Shown here: positions 28,125 through 37,645 of the stretch, in pieces
Layout of the letters: every line of letters begins with the position of its first letter
How positions within the stretch are numbered: position 1 is the first letter of the stretch
Virus record (IMG/VR): IMGVR_UViG_3300023179_000019
Origin: a virus
Strand: one strand, 5' to 3'
Length of the DNA: 64,000 nt
Program-made: the position numbers and the translations under genes
Notes under the pieces: generated by a model
What the model was told of the DNA's origin: nothing
What the model saw: the letters and a program-made list of their open reading frames with translations, nothing else
The model's database searches: none

Positions 28125-28810
28125 TTATTAATATTCAGCCAGATACATTTGGTACAATTAGAAATGGTGATATGATTGCTGCAGCGAATGCTGTTGCTTA
28201 TCTAAGAAAACAACGACAAAAAGATATCAAATTTTATTTTGAACCAGGATCAATCAGCCCAGCAAAACATTGCCAAGAATTTCACTCTTGGTTGATTGAA
28301 CACACCGACTATTTTTCTGCAAACCAAGGCACCGATAGATTGCTATGGAAAAAAGTTAATCTTTGGGATTTCAGAGATATATCTGGTGATCTGGTGAAAA
28401 TACCAAATCCACATGCAAGAGAAAAAAAGATTGTTATATGTCCAATTTTTGATGCACCATACAACAAATATCGCAATTGGCCAACAGATTTATTTTTAGA
28501 AATAATTAAAAAGTATGATAAATTTGATGGCCAAAAAATTATAGTGAGTGAAAAGAATTTCAATATTGAAGGATGGACCGACAGTACAAATCTCATAGAG
28601 AGTCTGAAACATATTATGACTGCTGAACTATATGTCGGTGGTGATACAGGACTTTCACATTTTGTTGGTGCTTTAGAAGGCGGTCCTGTTCCGATCTATT
28701 ATATGTCTAGCCGAGGACTCCTACATACTACTCCATTTTATTGGATGACAGAAAAAAAAGGTATAATGAAAACATATTGGTTAGATTTTGAAGGAACAAG
28801 ATGGCAATGA
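28121..28810 (+). CDS. GT9 (heptosyltransferase)-like protein
   Basis: RNGDMI, RNWP, YVGGDTGLSHF. Confidence 0.65.
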   Translation: MIINIQPDTFGTIRNGDMIAAANAVAYLRKQRQKDIKFYFEPGSISPAKHCQEFHSWLIEHTDYFSANQGTDRLLWKKVNLWDFRDISGDLVKIPNPHAREKKIVICPIFDAPYNKYRNWPTDLFLEIIKKYDKFDGQKIIVSEKNFNIEGWTDSTNLIESLKHIMTAELYVGGDTGLSHFVGALEGGPVPIYYMSSRGLLHTTPFYWMTEKKGIMKTYWLDFEGTRWQ

Positions 28811-29814
28811 AAAAAGTATTCATAACAGGAGTTGCAGGATTTTTAGGTAGTCATTTAGCTGATGCTTTTTTAGCTAAGGGATATAGTGTTGCTGGTATTG
28901 ATAATTTATTGGGGGGTTACCGTGATAATGTGCCTGATAGCGTTGAATTTTATGATTGCGATCTATTGCATTTCGACAAACTAAAAGAAATGATGAAAGG
29001 TTGTGATGTTGTATATCACACAGCCTGTACCGCCTATGAAGGCCTATCTGTATTCTCACCTTCACTTATTGTTCAGAATACAACTCAAATTGCTGTTAAT
29101 GCTATGACAGCGGCCATCCAAGCGGGCGTACCAAAGTTTGTACATTGCTCATCGATGGCAAGATATGGTACACAAGAAATTGTTCCGTTTACAGAAGATA
29201 TGACTCCGAAACCGCAAGACCCTTATGGTATTGCCAAGTGGGGTACAGAACTTCTTTTAAAGAATCTGGCAGAAATTCACGGTGTTGAATTAGTAATTGC
29301 AGTACCACATAACATCATCGGTCCCCGTCAAAAGTATGATGACCCGTTCCGAAATGTTGCTAGTATTATGGTCAACCTGATGTTACAAGGCAGACAACCA
29401 ATCATTTATGCTGACGGATCACAGACTAGGTGCTTCTCCGATATATCAGATGACGTAGATTGTCTTGTTGAATTTGCAGAGAATCCTAAGGCGGTTGGAG
29501 AGATTTTTAACATCGGTCCTGATGAGAATCCAGTAACTATTTTGGAACTTGCACAAGTAATTTCTGGTTTACTGAACTTCAAGTTGGATCCAGTATTCAT
29601 GCCAGGACGACCACAAGAAGTCAAACATGCTAATTGTTCTGCCAATAAAATCAGAGAATTTTTTGGTTACGAAACAAAAACCACTTTGGAACAGTCATTA
29701 CAAAAGCAAATTGACTACATCCAAACACGGGGTACCAAACCTTTTCAGTACCACTTAGACATAGAAATCGTTTCCGATAAGACACCGAAAACTTGGACAC
29801 AGAGATTGTTCTAA
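28801..29814 (+). CDS. NAD-dependent nucleotide-sugar epimerase/dehydratase
   Basis: TGVAGFLGSH, SSMARYG, YGIAK. Confidence 0.92.
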   Translation: MAMKKVFITGVAGFLGSHLADAFLAKGYSVAGIDNLLGGYRDNVPDSVEFYDCDLLHFDKLKEMMKGCDVVYHTACTAYEGLSVFSPSLIVQNTTQIAVNAMTAAIQAGVPKFVHCSSMARYGTQEIVPFTEDMTPKPQDPYGIAKWGTELLLKNLAEIHGVELVIAVPHNIIGPRQKYDDPFRNVASIMVNLMLQGRQPIIYADGSQTRCFSDISDDVDCLVEFAENPKAVGEIFNIGPDENPVTILELAQVISGLLNFKLDPVFMPGRPQEVKHANCSANKIREFFGYETKTTLEQSLQKQIDYIQTRGTKPFQYHLDIEIVSDKTPKTWTQRLF

Positions 29815-29886
29815 AAACCCAACAATCGTGAGACTATGTATCTAACCCAATTTTTACACTTTTTGGGTGTGAAAATATGGATGTTG

Positions 29887-29894
29887 TATAAATA
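29887..29894 (+). promoter_or_regulatory. T4 late promoter TATAAATA
   Basis: Perfect consensus upstream of the internal-protein block. Confidence 0.8.
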
Positions 29895-29952
29895 GTATGT
29901 CCATATAACATTTTGGTAACCATAGTGTGATACCAATTCAGTAAGGAAACCC

Positions 29953-31143
29953 ATGCTAACATTCAAACTCTATTTAACGGAAGAAGCCGAAGAAGCTTCC
30001 CAACTTAAACACATTCATCATGCAGAAGATAGACCTTTGATGCATGGCCATGCTGGTTTTGAACACGCATACGGTGCTTTACAAAAAGCTCACGAACACA
30101 TTAAGGCTGGTCAAAAAAGTTCCAACCTGACGATGAAATATGATGGTTCTCCATCAATCGTTTTTGGTCATCATCCAAAAACCGGTAAATTCTTTGTTGC
30201 AACCAAATCAGCGTTCAATAAAAACCCAAAAATTAATTATACAGAAAAAGATGTTGAAAAGAATCACGGACATGCTCCTGGTCTTGCCAAAACTCTTAAA
30301 CATGCTCTCAAACACTTACCAAAAGTGTCACCCAAATCTGGTGTTTATCAGGGTGATTTGATGCATCACGCAGAAACAAAAACGCTTCACGAAGAATATA
30401 TTGCGGAAGCAAAAGGTGATGTTTCGTTTACACCAAATACAATCACCTATACTGCTAAAGGTGAAAATGCAAAAAAAATTAAAAGATCAAAAGTTGGTGT
30501 TGTCGTACATCACAAGTATGATGATGAATTAAAACATGCTTCACCTCATGTTGACCACCAAAATTTCAAAGAACATCCAGATGTTCATATTCATGGTGCA
30601 GAACACGACACAAGTAAAGTTAAACACTCTAAAGAAAATGAATCTGGTTTTAATAAACACATGGCTGCAGCCAAAGAGATTCATGACACTCATGGACATA
30701 AGATGTATGATGCCGTTCACCCAAAACACTCCGGTGAACATGGACACTTATCTACCTATATCAACAAGACTGTAAGAACCGATGAAGTTCCTTCTGTTAA
30801 AGGATTCAAAGAACATCTGAAATCTGAACACGATAAACAAGCTGCAAAAGTTAAAACTGAAAAATCTAAAGCTGAAAAAACAAAAGAAGGTGAATCACAG
30901 ATTGCTCATGTTGAAAAACACAAAGCGCAGTATGGTAATTTGTTGAGTATGCATCACCATCTACACCAAGCAAAGAATCATTTGGTTAAATCATTAGAAA
31001 CACATGAAGGTGATTATGAGCACCACATCGAAGGTAAGAAATCCAAACCAGAAGGTTTTGTTGTACACCACGATAATGAACCAACTAAACTAGTTAATCG
31101 TGCAGAATTTGCCAAACAAAATCTGTTAAAGGTTAGGAAATGA
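29953..31143 (+). CDS. His-rich DUF6267-like protein with ATP-dependent ligase motifs
   Basis: KYDG, YQGDL, EGFVV, KLV; N-terminus MLTFKLYLTEE. Confidence 0.7.
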   Translation: MLTFKLYLTEEAEEASQLKHIHHAEDRPLMHGHAGFEHAYGALQKAHEHIKAGQKSSNLTMKYDGSPSIVFGHHPKTGKFFVATKSAFNKNPKINYTEKDVEKNHGHAPGLAKTLKHALKHLPKVSPKSGVYQGDLMHHAETKTLHEEYIAEAKGDVSFTPNTITYTAKGENAKKIKRSKVGVVVHHKYDDELKHASPHVDHQNFKEHPDVHIHGAEHDTSKVKHSKENESGFNKHMAAAKEIHDTHGHKMYDAVHPKHSGEHGHLSTYINKTVRTDEVPSVKGFKEHLKSEHDKQAAKVKTEKSKAEKTKEGESQIAHVEKHKAQYGNLLSMHHHLHQAKNHLVKSLETHEGDYEHHIEGKKSKPEGFVVHHDNEPTKLVNRAEFAKQNLLKVRK

Positions 31144-32969
31144 AATCTTTTTTAGATTTAATTAAAGAACAAGAAGAACATGAGAAGCATCATGTGATAA
31201 CCTTTGGTCGCATGAATCCGCCTACGACCGGTCATTTAAAATTAATTAATAAAGTTAAAGAGATTGCCAAAAAACACAAGGCATCATATGAAATTATCGT
31301 TTCTCACTCACAAGATAGTAAGAAAAATCCATTAAGTTCTGAACAAAAAATCAAGCATCTAACTAGATACATGGCTTCACCTAATAAAATAGAAGAAGCT
31401 GTTTCTATCAAATCGTCAGTACATAAAATTGCATCTAAACCAAAAATTACTGCTGCATCAAAAGAAAAACCAACTATATTGCATCATGCCGTATCCGCAT
31501 ATAAGAACGGGGTAACTCATCTTCATGTTGTAGTTGGATCGGACCGTGTTAAAGAAATGCACGATCTATTACATAAGTATAATGGCGTTAAAGCTGGCCA
31601 TGGAGAATACCACTTTAAAAGTATAAAAATTCATTCAGCAGGTCATCGTGATCCTGATGCTGAAGGTACCGAGGGTATGTCCGGAAGTAAGATGCGTGAA
31701 CATGCCAAAAATAAAGACTTTAAAGAATTTAGAAAAGGCGTTCCTTCGCATGTGTCGGATGAACATGCCAAAGAATTAATGCATGATACACGCAAAGGTA
31801 TGGGTTTACATGAGAGTCATTATCATGGAATGTTCAAAGCTGTTTTTGTAACTGGTGGTCCTGGTTCTGGAAAAGATGTTGTTATTCGTGAATCTATTCC
31901 ACTATCAAACGCAGTTGAAATAAATTCAGTACAGGCTTTTGAATATCTTGCAGACAAACATGCTTTGTCACAAAGAACCTCTGATTTCCGTAGAGAATCG
32001 ATTCGTAACCGTGGTCCATTAATTATCAACGGACCAGCAGATGATATCGAAAGAATTTCTCACATTAAAGAAGAACTGGAAGATTTAGGTTACGATACAC
32101 TTATGGTGTTTGTTAACACAACGGATGAAGCCAGTAAAGAAAGAAATTCTAGACTAAAAAGAATGATGAGTGAGTCGATTAGACATGATAAATGGATAAA
32201 ATCTCAAGAAAACAAAAACTTCTTCTTAGAGAAATTCTCATTCTTCAAAGAAATCCATAATAACCAATCAATACAAAAGATTGAAGAAGATATTACAGAC
32301 ACATATCAATTTATAAATAGGTTCATAAATGATCAATTCTATAGTGATATAGCTACAGATTGGTTTACAAGACGCAATAAATCAAATATATTTGAGGATA
32401 AAAATGTTAAAAGCTATAGTCAATTTTCTAAAATTAAAACCTCGGGTAACCGAGCAGAAGGACCTAGTGATATCCCAGCCGACAATCGTGCCGGAGCCAC
32501 AGACACCGGTGACGACATCCGTGGAAACACCTTCCCAAGAAAAAACACAAACAAAACCTACACGTTCAAAACCTACAGCGAAGAAAACAATCCCAAGCTC
32601 ACCATCAACCCGAGCCCCAAGGAAACAAACTTCTCCAAGGACAAAGAAAAAAGTAGATTAAAGAATAAAAGATTCTCTGATTCTCCTACACAAAATCAGA
32701 GAATGAGAAATGTAACAGGTATAGGTCCAGAATTTGATACTCGCCAACAGGGAACAGTATATCCCATGTCCGGTCTAGGCGATGTGACTTACCGAGAGCA
32801 AAAAGAAATTATTAGTTTTAGGAAATTTAGAGAAGCGATTGATGATCCAGGAGCTGTTGACATGGGAGTTGGTGGAACACTTAATGGATCAACAAATAAA
32901 GAACCTATGCAAACTTATAAAGACTCGGATAGAAATATTAACATTCAAATCAAAAAGAAAAAGAAATAA
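31140..32969 (+). CDS. HIGH-family nucleotidyltransferase fused to a P-loop kinase and a disordered tail
   Basis: FGRMNPPTTGH, VVGSDR, MSGSKMR; VTGGPGSGKD. Confidence 0.8.
   Translation: MKSFLDLIKEQEEHEKHHVITFGRMNPPTTGHLKLINKVKEIAKKHKASYEIIVSHSQDSKKNPLSSEQKIKHLTRYMASPNKIEEAVSIKSSVHKIASKPKITAASKEKPTILHHAVSAYKNGVTHLHVVVGSDRVKEMHDLLHKYNGVKAGHGEYHFKSIKIHSAGHRDPDAEGTEGMSGSKMREHAKNKDFKEFRKGVPSHVSDEHAKELMHDTRKGMGLHESHYHGMFKAVFVTGGPGSGKDVVIRESIPLSNAVEINSVQAFEYLADKHALSQRTSDFRRESIRNRGPLIINGPADDIERISHIKEELEDLGYDTLMVFVNTTDEASKERNSRLKRMMSESIRHDKWIKSQENKNFFLEKFSFFKEIHNNQSIQKIEEDITDTYQFINRFINDQFYSDIATDWFTRRNKSNIFEDKNVKSYSQFSKIKTSGNRAEGPSDIPADNRAGATDTGDDIRGNTFPRKNTNKTYTFKTYSEENNPKLTINPSPKETNFSKDKEKSRLKNKRFSDSPTQNQRMRNVTGIGPEFDTRQQGTVYPMSGLGDVTYREQKEIISFRKFREAIDDPGAVDMGVGGTLNGSTNKEPMQTYKDSDRNINIQIKKKKK
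32404..32661 (+). CDS. Probable overprinted small basic Pro/Thr/Lys-rich protein nested in 31140-32969
   Basis: GAGG SD plus ATG; amphipathic MLKAIVNFLKLK N-terminus; local GC rise. Confidence 0.5.
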   Translation: MLKAIVNFLKLKPRVTEQKDLVISQPTIVPEPQTPVTTSVETPSQEKTQTKPTRSKPTAKKTIPSSPSTRAPRKQTSPRTKKKVD

Positions 32970-32981
32970 CAGGAGAAAATT

Positions 32982-34085
32982 ATGTTTGTCAAAAACACCA
33001 AAATCGAATCTATAGCTGACGCAGTTAAACAAGTTGTTGAAGCTTCACCTGTAAAAATTCCCACTTCAACAGGAACGAGAGTTCTTGGTACAAGTTATGG
33101 AAATTCTGCAAAGACCCATCGTGATCAAATATCTGATCCGTTTGCTGCTGTTAAAGGTCCAGGCAAAAAAGATTTGGAAAATATTGAGAAACCAAAGAAA
33201 AAACAAGAGAGTTTTTCTGCCTTCACAAACAAATTGCTCAATAGTTTAGAAGAAGATAAACAAATTCAGAAACAGATTGATGAAGTTCTTAAAAAAGATG
33301 CATCAGCTGGTGAATGGATTCATGATTTTGTACATTCAGACAATCCTAAATTTGCAGGTAAATCTAAAGCCGAGCGCAAGAAAATGGCTCTTGGTGCCTA
33401 CTATGCAAAACAAAATGAAGAAGTTGAGCAGATCGATGAGGTTGGTAATACACCAGCCGGTCAGGCAGCACTTAGAGCAGTGTCAGCCAGAGGCGACAAA
33501 GGAATGTCTGATTGGAATAAAAAACCAGAAAGTGGTTATAGTTCTGCACCTAAAAAAACCATACGACAATTTGCTGGTGCAATGAATGCTGACCGTAGAC
33601 TTAAAGGTCAAGGAATCACCAAAGGCAAAGAAGGTCAAGCTCAACGACAGATTGATTATGCAAAGAAAATGCGTGGAGAAGAAGTTGAGCAATTTGACGA
33701 AGCTTTGATTGGTAACCAGAAAAAAATTGATAAGAATCACAATGGTAAAATTGATGCACAAGATTTTAAGATTCTTCGTGGCAAAAAAGTTGATGAAGTT
33801 TTAAACCCTTCAAATAAAACTATCGACACATTAGCAGGTCGTAGTAAAAAAGTTCCTGCTGAAGCCAAGTTGGATAATAGCCACACTTCAGCAAAAACTC
33901 AATTAAAATCTGAAGCAAAAACTCCAGAACATGATGATGTGCCTTTTGATCCTCCATACAGAAGATCATCCGATGTTGACACAGTAACAGACAAGTCTGG
34001 TGCAAAGCATACACCAATGTCCCGTGCTAAACACTTGGCTCAAACAGCATTACAACGTGTAAAGAGTGACCTAAAGGCAAAATAA
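32982..34085 (+). CDS. Putative internal head polyprotein
   Basis: Basic modules separated by QIDE, EEVEQIDE, EEVEQFDE, KVDE; EF-hand-like DKNHNGKIDAQD. Confidence 0.65.
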   Translation: MFVKNTKIESIADAVKQVVEASPVKIPTSTGTRVLGTSYGNSAKTHRDQISDPFAAVKGPGKKDLENIEKPKKKQESFSAFTNKLLNSLEEDKQIQKQIDEVLKKDASAGEWIHDFVHSDNPKFAGKSKAERKKMALGAYYAKQNEEVEQIDEVGNTPAGQAALRAVSARGDKGMSDWNKKPESGYSSAPKKTIRQFAGAMNADRRLKGQGITKGKEGQAQRQIDYAKKMRGEEVEQFDEALIGNQKKIDKNHNGKIDAQDFKILRGKKVDEVLNPSNKTIDTLAGRSKKVPAEAKLDNSHTSAKTQLKSEAKTPEHDDVPFDPPYRRSSDVDTVTDKSGAKHTPMSRAKHLAQTALQRVKSDLKAK

Positions 34086-35257
34086 TGTATAATACTGCCA
34101 AAAAACTTAAAGAGATTGTCAAGGGACCTGCACCAAAATCAACTTTTGGTACAGACCCTAGAGATCCTTGGTCAGCTAAAGCCGGTATTACTGAAGGTGC
34201 CTTAGAACAATATTTGATGTCAAGAGGAATTAATCCAAACTTTGTTTCTAAAGAGACTAAAATCTCTCATGCAAAATCATCATCTTTCCTGAAATGGAAA
34301 CGTGATCATATGGTGGAAGAAACTGATAAAAAAGATACAGTAGTTTTGGATATTCCTCTTTTAATTCGTGTTCTAGAATTGGCCAGAGAAGATATTAAAA
34401 CTGACATGGACTTACACCGTGTAGTTGAGAAACTAATCTCAATACGTACCAAGGGTGTGTTGACCATGGATGATTACAATACTATTGCTAGCATCAAAGA
34501 GAATCACATCGCAATCGCTATGGGTAAGATGTTAGATGATGAAGGAAGTATGGTTCTTGATCAGATGGATCAATTGGAGCGTGCTATCACAATGATTCGC
34601 AACCATATTGGCAAAGACTATGAGAAACAACTTCCAGCATGGGTTCAGTCCAAGATAACACTTGCAACAGATTATGTTGATACTGTTGGTAACTATTTGT
34701 CTACCAAAAATGAAGAAGTGGTTTCAGAAGTTAGTTCTGAACTATTGGATCGTTACAAAGAGAAAGCCAAGAAGTCTGCTGATGAGTTGACAGCTAAAGG
34801 CCAACATAAAAAGTCCACAGACCGTTGGATGAACGTTATGAAGGCAACTGGTAAACAAATTGAAAAAACTACCGGAAACATTAGAAAAGCTTTAAACAAA
34901 GAAGATAAGTTTCAAGATACCTATGCAGCTACACAGACAGTAGGTCCAGAAGTCGAAAGTGCTGATAATAATTCAAATAAAATGTCCAAATCAGCAAAAA
35001 TTATCAAATCTTTATATAAAAATAAAGGTATGGCAGAAGATATGTATGATACCGAAAAGGAAAATAAGTCGGTTGCATCGTATGGTAGACCACCAAAAAT
35101 GTCATCGGTAAATCCAAATAAAAATATTGGTGACAAAGCTCAGGCTGCAGCAGTTTTAACTGGTGGAAAAACTTTGACAGGAAAAAACAGAGATACGTTA
35201 GAGATTGATCCTATAATGCGAAAAGCAGGACCTTTGGATCAGAATAAAAAAATATAA
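34085..35257 (+). CDS. Putative internal head polyprotein
   Basis: Modules separated by ITE, VEE, IKE, EEVVSE; LPAWVQSKIT module. Confidence 0.6.
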   Translation: MYNTAKKLKEIVKGPAPKSTFGTDPRDPWSAKAGITEGALEQYLMSRGINPNFVSKETKISHAKSSSFLKWKRDHMVEETDKKDTVVLDIPLLIRVLELAREDIKTDMDLHRVVEKLISIRTKGVLTMDDYNTIASIKENHIAIAMGKMLDDEGSMVLDQMDQLERAITMIRNHIGKDYEKQLPAWVQSKITLATDYVDTVGNYLSTKNEEVVSEVSSELLDRYKEKAKKSADELTAKGQHKKSTDRWMNVMKATGKQIEKTTGNIRKALNKEDKFQDTYAATQTVGPEVESADNNSNKMSKSAKIIKSLYKNKGMAEDMYDTEKENKSVASYGRPPKMSSVNPNKNIGDKAQAAAVLTGGKTLTGKNRDTLEIDPIMRKAGPLDQNKKI

Positions 35258-35299
35258 ACATAAATAGTACCATAACCAGAGGTTAACAAGGAGATTAAA

Positions 35300-35956
35300 A
35301 TGCCATTATGGGGAAATACAGATTCAGCGAATAACAAACCACATTTCTCATCATTGAGAGAAGTTGTTCCTGTTACATCGCTAGTAACAGCAAACGCAAC
35401 GACTGGTGGTAACACAATCGTGTTCACTTCCAATGCAAACTTTTCAGTATTAACAACTGGAATGTTTGTTTACTCAGCCGATGCCAACAATGCAGTTTCA
35501 CGTAACCAAAAAGATTTATCTATTTTGCATGGAAACGAAGCAGCATTTTGGAAATCAAATAACACAATCGCTAGAATTGATACTGCAAACTCATTAATTC
35601 AGATTAGAAACGTTGTAATGGGAACACTTGCAACCGGTTCAACTGTTTGGGTTGCTAATAATATCGCTTATCAAGCCACTTCAGATGAAGCTGGTTTTGG
35701 TGCTGCAAACGATGTTATTTTAGTTACAGCAACTCGGATGGCCAACACACAAGGCACAACTGGTGCTGGTGGTTCAAATGTATCAAACACCAAACTAGGT
35801 AGTGTAAATGCAGGTTGGAACCGTATCACTCAGAAAATTAACAATGACGGTACAGTTCGTTTCTTAAAAGAAACATTGGTTGCTCTTGCTAATCCAGTAG
35901 CTTCCAATACAAGTTCTGCTAATACTAGTGCTAACGCTATTTTTGGTGGTCTATAA
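35300..35956 (+). CDS. Putative virion structural protein
   Basis: MPLWG start, A/N/T-rich; CATAAATA late-like promoter at 35259 and a strong SD. Confidence 0.7.
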   Translation: MPLWGNTDSANNKPHFSSLREVVPVTSLVTANATTGGNTIVFTSNANFSVLTTGMFVYSADANNAVSRNQKDLSILHGNEAAFWKSNNTIARIDTANSLIQIRNVVMGTLATGSTVWVANNIAYQATSDEAGFGAANDVILVTATRMANTQGTTGAGGSNVSNTKLGSVNAGWNRITQKINNDGTVRFLKETLVALANPVASNTSSANTSANAIFGGL

Positions 35957-35969
35957 TTCACTATAAAGT

Positions 35970-36002
35970 AACCTTGCGGATTAAACTCCGCAAGGTTTTT
36001 TT
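35970..36002 (+). terminator. Intrinsic terminator
   Basis: AACCTTGCGGA/TCCGCAAGGTT plus T-run. Confidence 0.88.
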
Positions 36003-36022
36003 GAAACATAATAATAAAAATA

Positions 36023-36409
36023 ATGATTGATGATTTGAATGAAGAAAATTTCATGATATATGCAATGAAGTGTTATAATTCACCTCATTGTATTATGTCT
36101 GAATTTGAAGGTGATATCAAAAGAACAAAATATTTAAAGAGATTGTTCCGTAGATATAAAATCACCAAATCTCTAAAAGAGAGATTAATACTTAATCACA
36201 TTATTTTATTGAATAATGTTTTTGGTCCGTTGGCGACAGCAAGAATATTATTCTATAAGACCGATGAAAGAGACTACGATATACTTAAAACGTTTTTGTC
36301 GTACCTTGATATTATGCCGGAAGAAATTAAGGGTATTAGAGGTATGAATTTTCATACATCCAGTATTCCTTTAGAACCTAATGTTGTAGAAATATTAAGA
36401 CGCATATGA
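36023..36409 (+). CDS. T4-like hypothetical protein
   Basis: YAMKCY, KYLKRLF, LKERLILNHII. Confidence 0.8.
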   Translation: MIDDLNEENFMIYAMKCYNSPHCIMSEFEGDIKRTKYLKRLFRRYKITKSLKERLILNHIILLNNVFGPLATARILFYKTDERDYDILKTFLSYLDIMPEEIKGIRGMNFHTSSIPLEPNVVEILRRI

Positions 36410-36807
36410 AAACTTTTAAAAATTTTTTAGGTGAAGATTTAAGAAAGTGGTTCAAACAAAAGTGGGTTCGCATGGACACCAAAGGCAACATTAAAGGACA
36501 ATGTGCTAGAGATCCAGGAGAAGGAAAACCAAAATGTTTACCACAAGCTCGAGCTCATGCTTTAGGTAAAGAGGGTCGTGCAGCTGCAGCAAGAAGAAAA
36601 CGCAGAGAAGATCCAAATCCAGAACGTCATGGCGCACCAATTAATGTAAGAACAGAAAGTGCAGCAGCTGCAATTGCCGCAGCAACAGCTATAGCAAAGA
36701 AAAAATCTGGCAATTACGATTCTGAAGGATTCAGAAAAACTCCATATAAAAATCCAAATCATCCTTTAAGAAAAAGTAATGCAGAAAGAGAAAGAGAAAA
36801 AGAATGA
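36406..36807 (+). CDS. Basic putative internal head protein
   Basis: CTS-like start MKTFKNFLGE. Confidence 0.7.
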   Translation: MKTFKNFLGEDLRKWFKQKWVRMDTKGNIKGQCARDPGEGKPKCLPQARAHALGKEGRAAAARRKRREDPNPERHGAPINVRTESAAAAIAAATAIAKKKSGNYDSEGFRKTPYKNPNHPLRKSNAEREREKE

Positions 36808-37403
36808 AAACTTTTAAAGAATTCCAAGATTATATTTTTGAAAAAAATGTTCCTACTAGTCCAGAAAAATGGGCTGCTGCAAAAGCCGCAGCTAAATCTA
36901 AATTTGCTGTTTATCCTTCCGCTTATGCAAATGGATGGGCTTCGAAGAAATACAAGTCCATGGGCGGCGGTTGGAAAAGTGTTAGTGAAGAATTTGAACA
37001 ATCAGTATTAATGGATTTAGAAGAATTATTTGATTCTATTGAAGATATTGTTGAACATGTTGCTGAGAGACATGGAATGGATTCAGAAATGTTGTGGGAA
37101 GAACTCGAATCTATAACTGACGAAGAATTAATAGAAGCTACCGCAGCATGGCAAAGATCAGCAGGTAAAGACCCTAAGGGTGGATTGAACCGTAAAGGAA
37201 TTGCTTCTTATCGTAGAGAACATCCAGGTTCTAAGTTATCTATGGCTGTTACAACAAAACCATCAAAATTAAAGCCTGGATCGAAAGCTGCTAAACGCAG
37301 AAAATCTTTCTGTGCTCGCATGGGTGGAATGCAAGGTCCAATGAAAAAACCAAATGGCAAACCAACCCGCAAAGCATTGGCTTTGAGGAAATGGAACTGT
37401 TAA
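36804..37403 (+). CDS. Basic two-module putative internal head protein
   Basis: MKTFKEF start, acidic linker ending LIEA, RRKSFCARM module. Confidence 0.7.
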   Translation: MKTFKEFQDYIFEKNVPTSPEKWAAAKAAAKSKFAVYPSAYANGWASKKYKSMGGGWKSVSEEFEQSVLMDLEELFDSIEDIVEHVAERHGMDSEMLWEELESITDEELIEATAAWQRSAGKDPKGGLNRKGIASYRREHPGSKLSMAVTTKPSKLKPGSKAAKRRKSFCARMGGMQGPMKKPNGKPTRKALALRKWNC

Positions 37404-37645
37404 TGAAAACATTAAAACAATTTCGTGAAGCTTGTTGGTCAGGTTTCAAGCGAAAAAAAGGTACACAAGAATACGAAAAAGGCAGCTGCGTCAGAGAAGA
37501 TGGTGTTGCTGTTGCTGGACCAACTAACGCAGTAAGTTCCGGTGCTATTGCTGGTTCTGGTGGTGCTGGCGGTGAACCTGGTGTTCATCTAAAGAAAAAG
37601 AATCCTATTATTTTGCCTATGGGTAAAAGAAAGTTGCCTGTCTAA
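37403..37645 (+). CDS. Small putative internal head protein
   Basis: MKTLKQFREA start. Confidence 0.6.
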   Translation: MKTLKQFREACWSGFKRKKGTQEYEKGSCVREDGVAVAGPTNAVSSGAIAGSGGAGGEPGVHLKKKNPIILPMGKRKLPV

